Made by a program: the position numbers and the translations under genes. Positions 13,600-23,603 of a stretch of DNA of 64,000 bases are shown here, one piece after another. The stretch comes from Somniosus microcephalus (taxonomy: Eukaryota). The notes beneath the pieces are model-generated. The model saw only the letters and a list, made by a program, of their open reading frames with translations, had not been told where the DNA came from and searched no databases. The first letter of the stretch is position 1; every line of letters begins with the position of its first letter. Location: contig CM126216.1 in NCBI GenBank assembly GCA_052327205.1, positions 110,794,001 to 110,858,000 on the forward strand, in the 5' to 3' direction.

Positions 13600-13961
13600 G
13601 GATTTTAAAATTCTCATCCTTCCATGGACTCACTCCGCCCTATCTCTGTAATCTCCTCCAGCCCTACAACCCTCCGAGATCTCTACGCTTCACCAATTCT
13701 GGCCTCTTGAGCATCCCCGATTTTAATCGCTCAACCATTGGTGGCTGTGCCTACAGCTGCCGAGACCCTAAGCTCTGGAATTCCCTCCCTAAACCTCTCC
13801 GCCTCGCTACCTCTCTCTCCTCCTTTAGGACACTTGTTAAACCCTGCCCTAATATATCCTTATGTGGCTTGGTGTCAAATTTTGTTTGATAATTGCTCCT
13901 GTGAAGCGCCTTGGGACGTTTTACTACGTTAAAGGCGCTATATAAATACAAGTTGTTGTTG
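13600..13961 (+). mobile_element. L2 3' fragment
   Basis: IPDFNRSTIGG..PKLWNSLP; (TTG)n tail. Confidence 0.85.
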
Positions 13962-14167
13962 ATTTTCACTTTTGGCAATGACAATAAATTGGTGGTATTG
14001 GATCGGCCAACCGTTATACACCATAGTCCCCTCTAATTTTCTTTTGAGCCGTGCGGCCCCTGTGTGGCCCATTCAAAATTCCGCGCATGCGCGATTTTTC
14101 CCTTTAAAAGCACACCCAATTCTCCCTTGCATTGCTTTATCAATGAGCAAGAAAATTGGGTGGGATA

Positions 14168-14582
14168 TACAACAATTTATTTAGGGCCTTTTACATAACA
14201 TAACATCCCAAGGAGCTTCACAAGAGGTGTGATGGGCCAAAAATCGACACCAAGCCAAAGAAGGTGACATTAGGACAGGTGACCATAAGCTTGGTTTTAA
14301 AGAGAGTCTTAAAGGAGGAGAGGGAGGTGAAGACGGAAAGGTTTAGGGAGGGAATTCCAGAGCTTAGGGCCTAGCCATCTGAAGGCATGGCTGCCAATGG
14401 TGGGGTGAGGGAAGGGGGGGACGCACAAGAGGCCAGAGTTAGAGGAATGCAGATTTCTCGGAGGGTAGTAGGGCTGGAGGAGGTTGCAGAGAGAGGGAGG
14501 GGCTAGGCCACGGAGGGATTTGAACAGATGGATGAGAATTTTTAAATGGAGGCGTTGCCAGACCTGGAGCCAAAGTAAGTCA
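14168..14582 (-). mobile_element. L2 3' fragment
   Basis: LKILIHLFKSLRGLAPPSLCNLLQPY..GPKLWNSLP on the minus strand. Confidence 0.8.
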
Positions 14583-15805
14583 AATTGCGGTGGCAGAGAT
14601 ATTTGGTAAAGAATGAAAAATGCAAATAAGGGCAAGAAAAGGCCTGGAAAATCCACCAGGCTTGGGACCACTGCAGAACTCTGTCTTCAGCCCTGCTGAA
14701 GTTCATGGGTCAGGGGTTGAGTCTTCAGGAGCGGACCTTCCGTGGTGTGAGGACACCTTTGTGGCTCCCCCAACCAGTCCAGTAGGTGGCTGGGCAGGCG
14801 TGGGGGAGGCGGGGTTGGGGTGGGAGGTGAGTCTGTGTACACCCCCCACCCCCACCATTAAATCTTTTTGCGTGCCTGAGTGGGCCTCTTACAAAGGGGC
14901 TTCTTCAACCCCCACCAATAGTTTTTTGGGCTGCTCGACTTTGGAAGTCCAAACCCAAACACTGGCCTGGAGCCTGGGATGGGTCTCTCTTCTGTTGGAT
15001 TGGTCAGTTATGCCTGGCGGGACCACGTGGATCTGTGCCAATCATATGCCAGTGCTTAGCTGAAGGCCGGCGAGCAGGTACACCTGACTTAGGGAATTCC
15101 TGGTTCTATCCCCTTTGAAACTGTGACCCTGTAATGGCCAGGCAGGGGCTTCCCCCACTAACAAAGCCCAGCACAAATGCCCAATATAGGCTGAGACCCA
15201 GCATATCTCAATCCTCGCCAACTTTTGGTCCTTTCTCCCACGGGAGGTGGACTGGGAGTGCACCAGAAGGGTGATAGGGCTGCTCCCCATATTATGCGCA
15301 GAGATTTATTTATGTTACTGGGATTTATCTATCTATCTGCAGCGAGTAAGGAAAACACTATTTGTTTTCCGTGTAAGAATGCAAAATACTGCACTGTTTC
15401 TGAGGACCTCTCTTGCAAGCTTCTTTCCAAATTCTTTCAGTGGAGAAGTGAAACCCTCCCCCAGATTCACAGCCGGTACCCTTTCCATACAGCAGTATAA
15501 CTATGAGCATTGCCATACGTGATCTGCTAGTATAATACAGAAGTAATAATACTTGAAAGCCACAACCCAATTCTGATTTTCAGCTGATATTCACCATGCT
15601 CTCCCTATTGTCCACTATTGTGTCTTAGGCTGAAGTTATATAGCCACTTTTGCAATGATACAAAGTGGCCTTGAATGTTTCTTGATATGAAAATGGCAAT
15701 ATACCTCTGGAGTGAGGTTGGCAATCTGATTCCCAAAGACACGAAGAGTGCCGTTACGATGTCAGTTTTGCAACATTACAAAGTGGCTTCATCTTCACTG
15801 CAACT

Positions 15806-16937
15806 AAGAAACATAGAAACATAGAAGATAGGAGCAGGAGTAGGCCATTCGGCCCCTCGAGCCTACTCCGACATTCAATGCGATCATGGCTGATCATCCA
15901 AATTCAGTACCCTGTCCCTGCCTTCTCCCCATATCCCTTGATCCCCTTAGCCTTAAGAAATATATCTAACTCCTTCTTGAATATATTTAATGAATTGGCC
16001 TCAACTGTCATCTGTGGTAGAGAATTCCACAGGTTCACCACTCTCTGGGTGAAGAAATTCCTCCTCATCTCTGTCCTAAATGGCTTACCCCTTATCTTTA
16101 GACTGTGACCCCTGGTTCTGGACTCCCCCGCCATCGGGAACAGCCTTCCTGCATCTAGTCTGTCTATGGCAAGAAAATCCTTCCTTATAGAATTTTATAA
16201 GTTTCAATGAGATCCCCTCTCATTCTTCTAAACTCTAGCGAATATAAGCCTAATCGACCCAATCTCTCTTCATACGTCATTCCTGCCATCCCAGGTATCA
16301 GTCTGGTGAATCTTCGCTGCACTCCCTCCATGGCAAGAACATCCTTCCTCAGATAAGGCGACCAAAACTGCACACAATACTCAAGGTGTGGTCTCACCAA
16401 GGCCCTGTACAACTGCAGCAAGGCATCCTTGCTCCTGTACTCAAATCCTCTCGCTATAAAGGCCAGCATACCATTTGCCTTCTTAACTGCCTGCTGCACC
16501 TGCATGCTTACCTTCAGCGACTGGTGCACAAGGACACCCAAGTCTCGTTGCACTTCCCCTTTTCCCAATCTATTGCCATTCAGATAATAATCTGCCTTCC
16601 TGTTTTTGCCACCAAAGTGGATAACCTTGCATTTATCCACATTATACTGCATCTGCCCAATCGCCCAACCTGTCCAAATCGTACTGGAGTTTCTCTGCAT
16701 CCTCCTCACAGCACACACGCCCACCCAGCTTTGTGTCATCTGCAAACTTGGAGATATTACATCTAGTTCCCTCGTCTAGATCATTAATATATATTGTGAA
16801 TAACTGGGGTCCTAGCACCGATCCCTGCAGTACCCCACTAGTCACTGCCTTCCACTCGGAAAAAGATCCGTTTATTCCAATTCTTTGCTTCCTGTCTGCC
16901 AACCAGTTTTCTATCCAAATCAGTACCTTACCCCCAG
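15806..16937 (-). mobile_element. 5'-truncated CR1 LINE, same family as 6792-8320
   Basis: [17 protein letters not shown] and HLEYCVQFWSP motifs; tail AAGAAACATAGAAACATAGA on + strand; frameshifts near 16655 and 16170. Confidence 0.95.
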
Positions 16938-17194
16938 AGTGACAGTATAACTCAGGTCAGGCCAGAGTTAGTTCCCAATCTGGCTCCAATATGCAGCTGC
17001 CTGATGCTCTATCAGAGAGGTCATCAAGCATTGCTGAGGCTTGTCACTGGCTAGAATATAACGTCTGTACACTGTTGAGCTAGGTTTAAAAAGTGCTGAG
17101 ATGGTCTATTGAACCTCCTTTATATACTTAAGCTGAGGTTTTTTTTGTGTGTGTGTTTGAGAGTATGGTTGCTCCTACCCTAACTCTAAAAGAA

Positions 17195-17558
17195 TTCTAG
17201 GCTGACAATCCAGTGCAGTGCTGAGGGAGTGCAGCACTGTCGGAGGTGCCGTCTTTTGGATGAGAAGTTAAGACGAGGCCCTGTCTGCTCTCTCAGGTGG
17301 GCGTAAAAGGTCCTATGGCATTATTTCAAAGTAGAGCAGGGGGGTTATCTCTGGCGTTCTGTCCAATATTTAGCCCTCAACCTCCACCGCAATGAACAGA
17401 TTATGTGGTCATTATCTCATTGCTGTTTCCAGGATCTTGCTGTGCGCAAATTGGCTGCTGTGTTTCCTACATTACAGTAATGAATACAATTCTAAAGTAC
17501 TTCATTGTCTGTAAAGCAGTTTGGGACAAATCCACTATCTAAATGCAAGTTCCTTCTT
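17195..17558 (+). mobile_element. Deu-core SINE, 5'-truncated
   Basis: Collinear with 10210-10530. Confidence 0.75.
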
Positions 17559-17954
17559 ATCTTTTTACCACAGTCCAACCAGACGATAAAGCAAGAGATG
17601 TGAAGTCCTGTCCAGCAGGCAGACCTAATGGCCTCGAGTTTGTACAGGGTGCAGGATACTCCAGCCTGACATCTTACCATATTTTAAAAGTGTCCAGTTG
17701 GTTAATTTACACGTTATTTTTAAATTAGGAATGAAGCACTTGTCCTGCCTGTTTAAAAAGTCAGCCACCTGGGGATACGATCTATGTACATGTATCCAAG
17801 CATGCACATACAGAGTTACATTGTCAATGTGTTGAGTATGAGGCACAATTAGCAGTATGGCTGGGATCTACCAAATGAGCATCGTTCTACAGAAGTGCCC
17901 ACCTTGAAGAAGATCTGCTCTTCTCTCCAATAAACTGTTAAATCTCTAGCTTCC

Positions 17955-18063
17955 TACCGTTCTGATGAAAGGTCCCAGACCTGAAACGTTAACTCTTGTT
18001 TCTCTCTCCACAGATGCTGCCTGACCTGCTGAGTGTTTCCAGCATTTTCTGTTATTATTTCAG
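17955..18063 (+). mobile_element. Short repeat, probably a Penelope-like element terminus, with a minimal hammerhead ribozyme motif
   Basis: GTT-CTGATGA-A-AGGTC(CCA)GACCT-GAAACGTT-AAC at 17959-17993; second copy of the repeat at 54315-54400. Confidence 0.65.
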
Positions 18064-19211
18064 TGTACAGATGCCTGTCTGAAACAGATGTCTGGAGCAC
18101 AAACTGCAACCTAATATGCCAACAGCTGAAGCACATCTGCTAGTAATAGAGGGGTGTAAGAAATATTTAAACCCAAAGAAATCGCAAGTTATAAAAGGAA
18201 TAATGATCCTGCAAAAAGTAGGTTTGCCAACTCAACAGATGAGGGCTGGCTGATGACTTAGAGAGAATTCCATTCACATCAGCTATGCACAGAGGGCTCA
18301 GATCATCACAAGGACAGGCCTCCCAGCAGACATACCTAAACTGATGAGGAGGACAGCATGGAGCCAGTAGGATAAGCAAGATGTCTTTAGAAACACAACA
18401 AGACATTTAGAACAGAGGCAGGGAGCTCAGAAAGATGGGAGTGGGGTGGGGGGCTGTCAGAGGTACCCTTGCCCTTGTAATTGGACAATGGGATGGGTGA
18501 AGATGATTGACACCAGGTATCCACCAGCCCATCGAAATAAGGTAAAAAAAATGGCCGACCAGGAGAGGAAGGCACGCAGTTAGGGGCAAGGGCTTCCCTG
18601 AGGTGGATGCAGGCTGGCAATGGCCTAACACCTCCAACAGCTTGAGAGACGACCCAACGGAAGTGACCGCTCCTGCAGGCTGCAGGGATCCACCCAATCC
18701 AAGTTTACCATTCTGCCTCACCCTCCGCCCGGTCGTTCTGTTCTGTTCTGTTCTGCTCAGGGGCCGTAGATCGCCCTCAGCTGTCACGGGTTATATGTCT
18801 ACTGTATCTATTTCAATCGCATGTAGTATCTGATTACACTTAAACTGTAGGGCCTAGAAATTCAGTCTGGCCACTTTTGGGGCGGTAAAGTCGGGCGGTC
18901 GCTAAAGTTAGCGCCCGCCGGAAAGTGTAGGCCACTTCGCCGAAATTCAGTAGATTTGGCCAAGAGTTTGGGCGAGCGCTGAAACTGGCGTTGCACTGCT
19001 ATCTTCAGGCGCTAAGCCGGCGATGCGGACTGATAACGCCGAGGCCGGGCGCAGCGCAGGTGCGGTCATGTTTTGATTGACAGCAGACACCCTGACGCCG
19101 GCCAGCTCTTAAAGGGGGAAGGGTCGACTTTGACTGCTGCCACGCCCTGCATAGTGGAGCCCTGCAGCTAGGCCTCAACACTGCTGGTGGACCCAAATAG
19201 CGCCTGAAGCC

Positions 19212-21359
19212 ATGGAGAAGGCCCGTGAACGAGCGCAGCGCTTCTCAGAGCATGCTTTGAGGGTGCTGGTTAATGGTGTGGAAAAGAAAAGAGAGATCTT
19301 GTGCCCGGACAGTGGCAAGAAGGCTCCCAGGAGGCAGTACAGGAGAGCCTGGAAGAAAATCGCCCACAGGGTGTCATCCACCAGCGATGTCCCCAGGAGT
19401 GCGGACCAATGCCGCAAGAAGTACAACGACCTCACTCGGATGGTGAAGGTGAGTACCCTTTCCAGTGTCCTCCTCATCCTTGCATGTGCACCTCACATTA
19501 TGGGCAAAGGGACCTCAAAGGCCTAATGGGCAGCCCTCCTCCCGCAGCTATGGCACTGGCATGATCATCAATAGCACTTTCTGCACTTAACACACTGGCC
19601 AAGCTATTCGACCATGGGAGGCAGTGCACACAGCAACAGGGCACCACACTGGCCAAGCTATTCGACCATGGGAGGCAGTGCACACAGCAACAGGGCACCA
19701 CACTGTACTTAGAGGCCGTCCTTTCTCTTGCAGGCCAAGCTGGCGCGGAATTTGAGGAGCCAGTCTGCCACCGGGGGAGGCCGTCCCCAGTACCAGGCGC
19801 TCAGTGAGCTGGAGGAGCGCGTGGCTCGACTCATGCATGGCCGGGTGACTGGCCCTGTTGCCATTGGAGATGCGGACCCTGTACTGGGACCCACTGGTAA
19901 GGACATGACCGGTTGGACCTCTCTCGTTGCCCTTGCGCTTCAGATCTACATCCTTTCCCACTGTCCGACCAATGTGCATAATGCCACCACTCATGCCTCC
20001 CTCGCTGATGCCCTGTCCTCACTCTAAAGCTACTCTTGTGCCTTCCTGCTTTCAGCTGGTGAGGAGGAGGTCCCTGAAGCTGCGAGTGTCAGTCCCTCGG
20101 AAGAGGAGGACGACGAGGAGCAAGAGGAAGGCGGCACATCGGGGGAACCCTCATCTGCGCCAGGGGATGGCAATGGAGGGGACACGTCTTGCCTGGAGGA
20201 GAGCCAGGGGGAAGTGTTGCAGGGGGGTGTAGCTCCTGTGCCCAGTGGCATCCTGCCACGCGGGAAGGGTCGGACAGCTCGGCGGCCTTCTCCCCAGAGG
20301 GGGGAAGTGTTGCAGGGGAGGGCAGTTCCTGGGCCCAGTGGGGTCGAGGCACGCGGGAAGGGTTGGGCAGCATGGCGGCCTTCTCCCCAGAGGGGGGAAG
20401 TGTTGCAGGGGAGGGCAGTTCCTGGGCCCAGTGGGGTCGAGGCACGCGGGAAGGGTCGGGCAGCTCGGCGGCCTTCTCCCCAGAGGGAGAGTCCGCCCTC
20501 CAGTCCGGAGACGGTCCTCGCCCAGGAGGTGCGCCTCCTTGATGAGATGTCCGCGGCGTCGGAGCGGCGCCACAAGGAGTTCATGGGGGTTGTGGGACAG
20601 TTGCCTCAGGCCATTGAGTCCCTGGCTCATAGTGTGGTCGCTTTCGGGGAATCACAGGCCAGGGGGGTCGAGCAACTCGCGGCAGCACACGACAGGGGTG
20701 TCCAGCAACTCGCGGCAGCACAGGACAGGGGTGTCCAGCAACTCGCGGCAGCGCAGGACAGGGGTGTCCAGCAACTCGCGGCAGCGCAGGACAGGGGTGT
20801 CCAGCAACTCGCGGCAGCGCAGGACGCGAGTCGCGAGTCCATGAGTGGTGCCGTCCAGACACTGGCAGATCTGATGCGGGCACAGACCAGGGCAGTTCAG
20901 GCACTCACTTCTGCCACACTCGCTGTGGTGCGGAAGCATCGCCAGGGCACCCGCCGCCCTGCTGCAGCACAGCGGTCTGGCCTCCACCAGATTGCTGCGC
21001 TTGCTGCACTGCCAGCCCGGCCGAGTGCCAGTGTCTCTGGCGAACAGCGCAGGCTTGGCATCAGCCAGCTTGCCCCCATTGGTGCAGCCGACACTGCCAC
21101 TCCCCCAGCCAAGGTGCGACGAGCTGCTGCTGAGACTGATGCTGGGCAGCCACAGCTGCAGCAGTCAGCAGCCGGCCCCTCCCGGGCCGGGCCTCGTCTA
21201 GGCCGACCCCCAAGGGCATCTGCCGTCACGCATTGTGGCCCTCATGAGCCTTCCCCCAGCCTTGCCACACCCACAGGGCCCAGGTTGAGGTGGAGCAGCA
21301 GGTCGGGCAGGGGCCGGAGAAGCCTGCATAAGGACTCGCCCTCTCGGCACACCCAGTAG
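19212..21359 (+). CDS. Harbinger Myb/SANT-like DNA-binding protein (MSANTD/NAIF1-like); exons 19212-19448, 19734-19896, 20056-21359; 567 aa
   Basis: RAQRFS..AWKKIA..RSADQCRKKYNDL trihelix, TGGG motif in exon 2, GT-AG introns (phases 0 and 1) joining into one open frame. Confidence 0.88.
19591..19705 (+). repeat. 54-bp tandem duplication in intron 1 of the Myb gene
   Basis: CACACTGGCCAAGCTATTCGACCATGGGAGGCAGTGCACACAGCAACAGGGCAC at 19591 and 19645. Confidence 0.95.
20206..20487 (+). repeat. 93-bp (31-aa) coding tandem repeat, 3 copies
   Basis: GAAGTGTTGCAG at 20211, 20304 and 20397; unit GEVLQGRAVPGPSGVEARGKGRAARRPSPQR. Confidence 0.93.
20661..20825 (+). repeat. 33-bp (11-aa) coding tandem repeat, 5 copies
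   Basis: RGVQQLAAAQD units. Confidence 0.95.
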
Positions 21360-21635
21360 AGTGTGGTGATAGCGGGTTTTCTTATATGGGGGTGTTTGTG
21401 TTCTGGGGGGGGCTTATATTGGTAAGGCCAAAGATGAAGGCATTTTTTGTTTTTATGGGGGTGTTTGTGTTGTGGAGGGGGGGGCTTATTTTTGTAAGGC
21501 CGATGATGAAGGCCAATTGGATGGGCAAGTTTTGTTATTCCTCCCCAGGTTGTGGGAGTGACAGATGTTTTTGACTGTTTTTTGGGGGTCTCGTCTGTTT
21601 TTCTGTTTCATGTGGGAAGGGCCCTGAGTTTGTAA

Positions 21636-21655
21636 AATAAAGCTTTTTATTTATT
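21636..21655. terminator. Back-to-back polyadenylation signals for the two convergent Harbinger genes
   Basis: AATAAA (+, 21636-21641) followed by TTTATT at 21646-21651 and 21650-21655 (AATAAA on minus). Confidence 0.7.
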
Positions 21656-21768
21656 CAGCATGTCCAGGTGTCATGTTTCAAGTGGTTGTTGCGTTAACCG
21701 GCTGAGGGCTTGCGGAGCGGCTGCATTCAGGTGCGTTCATTGCCACAGGCCATTCCCTGACAGGGGGC

Positions 21769-22842
21769 CTAGAAGTGTCGTTCAATAAGCCGCCGGCGGA
21801 CGGCCCTTGGACCTTGTGGCTCCCTCCTGGGCTGGTACTCCTCCTCCTCCTCCTCCTCCTCCTCCTCATGGTCCTCCTGCTCGTCCTCCTGAGGTGGTGG
21901 TGCAATGTCAGGTGGCAGTGCCTGAGTCCTGCGGATAGCCAGGTTGTGCAGCATGCAGCACACGACGACGAACTGGGAGACTCTATCCGGCGAATACTGT
22001 AGAGATCCGCCGGAACGATCCAGGCAGCGGAACCGTTGCTTGAGGACGCCAATCGTTTGCTCTATGATGTTCCTTGTGGCTTGATGGCTTTCGTTGTATG
22101 CCTCCTCCGCTGGGGTCCTGGGCGCGCGGAGCGGGGTCATGAGCCATGTACACAAAGGGTAGCCCTTGTCCCCAATAAGCCATCCCCTTGGTGGAGGCTG
22201 TGCCTCGAACATGTCAGCCACAGTAGTCTGGCGCAGGATAAATGCATCGTGGCTGCTTCCTGGAAAGCGGGCATTGACAGCTAGGATGCGCTGCCTGTGG
22301 TCACACACCAGCTGTACATTGAGGGAATGGTAGCCCTTCCGGTTGCGGTAATCCTCGGCATTGTCGATAGGTGCCCGCATAGCCACATGCGTGCAGTCAA
22401 TGGCGCCCTGCACCATGGGGAAGTCCGCGATCCTGCCAAATCCGACTGCACGCTGCTCCTGCCTCTCTAGGGTCATGGGGAAGGAGATGAATTGGTGTCT
22501 CCTCGCAAAAAGTGCATCGGTGACCTGCCGGATGCAGCGATGCGCGGCGAACTGGGAGATGTTCGCTATGTCCCCAGCAGCGGCTTGGAAGGAGCCGCTT
22601 GCATAAAAGTTCAGAGCCACCGTGACCTTCACTTCCACCGAGAGAGACGTCCTGCACATCAGCTGTGGACGCAGATCTCTGTGAAGCAGCTGGCAGATCT
22701 CTGCAACCACCTCCCTTCTGAAGCGCAGCCTCTTAACACAATGCGCCGCTGTCATGGTGAGATAGGACACCTGCTGCCGGTATTGCCTGAGTGGGTAAGG
22801 CCTATGTTGCCGACGCCTGATGGCCCCTCTGCGTCTAGGCAT
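21769..22842 (-). CDS. Harbinger DDE transposase (HARBI1-like), 357 aa from ATG 22842
   Basis: GAIDCTH, RKGYHSLNVQLVCD, PGSSHDAFIL, GDKGY and RNIIEQTIGVLKQRFRCL motifs with D-D-E intact; acidic tail; lies inside TIRs, so not the domesticated HARBI1 gene. Confidence 0.93.
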   Translation of the reverse strand: MPRRRGAIRRRQHRPYPLRQYRQQVSYLTMTAAHCVKRLRFRREVVAEICQLLHRDLRPQLMCRTSLSVEVKVTVALNFYASGSFQAAAGDIANISQFAAHRCIRQVTDALFARRHQFISFPMTLERQEQRAVGFGRIADFPMVQGAIDCTHVAMRAPIDNAEDYRNRKGYHSLNVQLVCDHRQRILAVNARFPGSSHDAFILRQTTVADMFEAQPPPRGWLIGDKGYPLCTWLMTPLRAPRTPAEEAYNESHQATRNIIEQTIGVLKQRFRCLDRSGGSLQYSPDRVSQFVVVCCMLHNLAIRRTQALPPDIAPPPQEDEQEDHEEEEEEEEEEYQPRREPQGPRAVRRRLIERHF

Positions 22843-23603
22843 GGCTGGCCCTCTCACACAGCGTCTGCGAGCCCTTCACACATAATGCTGCAACTGAGGG
22901 TTGGAACCCCATACAGCCCCCATAATAAACTTGCAAACAGTGAAATCACAATGATTCAAATGTCAAAGCTCTGGCCAGAAGCCAAAAATACCTCTCCTAT
23001 GTTGTCCCAAATCAGTAAGCTCTGTTCCTTGGTCTCTGTCCAGAAATCCAAAGCAGTAAAGTCATTGCAGCAAAATGGCTGGGCTTTATAGGTCAGTGTA
23101 AGTGCCCTTTAATTAGCACTCCCCGAGGCCCACAGGGCCTCTGTTGCGTTCCACTTCACAGTTCTTAACAGCGCCACGCCCACATTGGGCGGGCGCCACT
23201 GAATTTCCGGTTTGGGGCGCACAAACAGCGTTGCACGACGAAATGACGTCATAAGCTGCACGCGCAGCTGAGTGGGTGCAAACACTTTGCGCCGGCGCTA
23301 AATGTCTACTGAATTTGGGCGTAGGCGCAGATCGGCCTGCGCCCGGGCGCTAAGTGCCTAGCGCTGGAAATATACCCCTCTTATGGCGTTAACGGCTGGC
23401 GAACGCAACTGAATTTCTAGGCCTAGCTCTTTAATAAAATGCTTTACAACTCCTAAGACCCTTTGGGTGATCTGTATGGGACCTGTGATACAAATTCTTA
23501 CAGGGGGGAAAGTCTATCCTCTCCCATACAACTAAATATTGTAAATAAGGTACTAAATAATGCTACAAAGAATAGCAGAACAAACCTACAGTACTATTAC
23601 TAA

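Larger units (their letters stand above)
18851..23423. mobile_element. Full-length PIF/Harbinger DNA transposon (4573 bp)
   Basis: Perfect 16-bp TIRs GGCCTAGAAATTCAGT (18851-18866) and ACTGAATTTCTAGGCC (23408-23423); TAG duplicated at 18848-18850 and 23424-23426; two convergent genes. Confidence 0.97.

Noticed and set aside
14600-15290. 147-aa ORF in a GC-richer block
   Set aside because: No recognisable domain or splice structure; may be a decayed non-autonomous DNA transposon, but no TIRs could be defined
18540-18790. Promoter-like motifs (AAAATGGCCG, CGGAAGTG, CCAAT) next to the Harbinger
   Set aside because: Short motifs with no associated exon; cannot be distinguished from chance or a TE remnant
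21769-22857. Host HARBI1 gene (and NAIF1/MSANTD for the Myb ORF)
   Set aside because: Both ORFs lie between TIRs with a target duplication, so they are transposon genes
22492-23091. 199-aa + strand ORF and other long overlapping ORFs within 19500-23100
   Set aside because: Antisense or alternate-frame shadows of GC-rich, repeat-containing coding sequence
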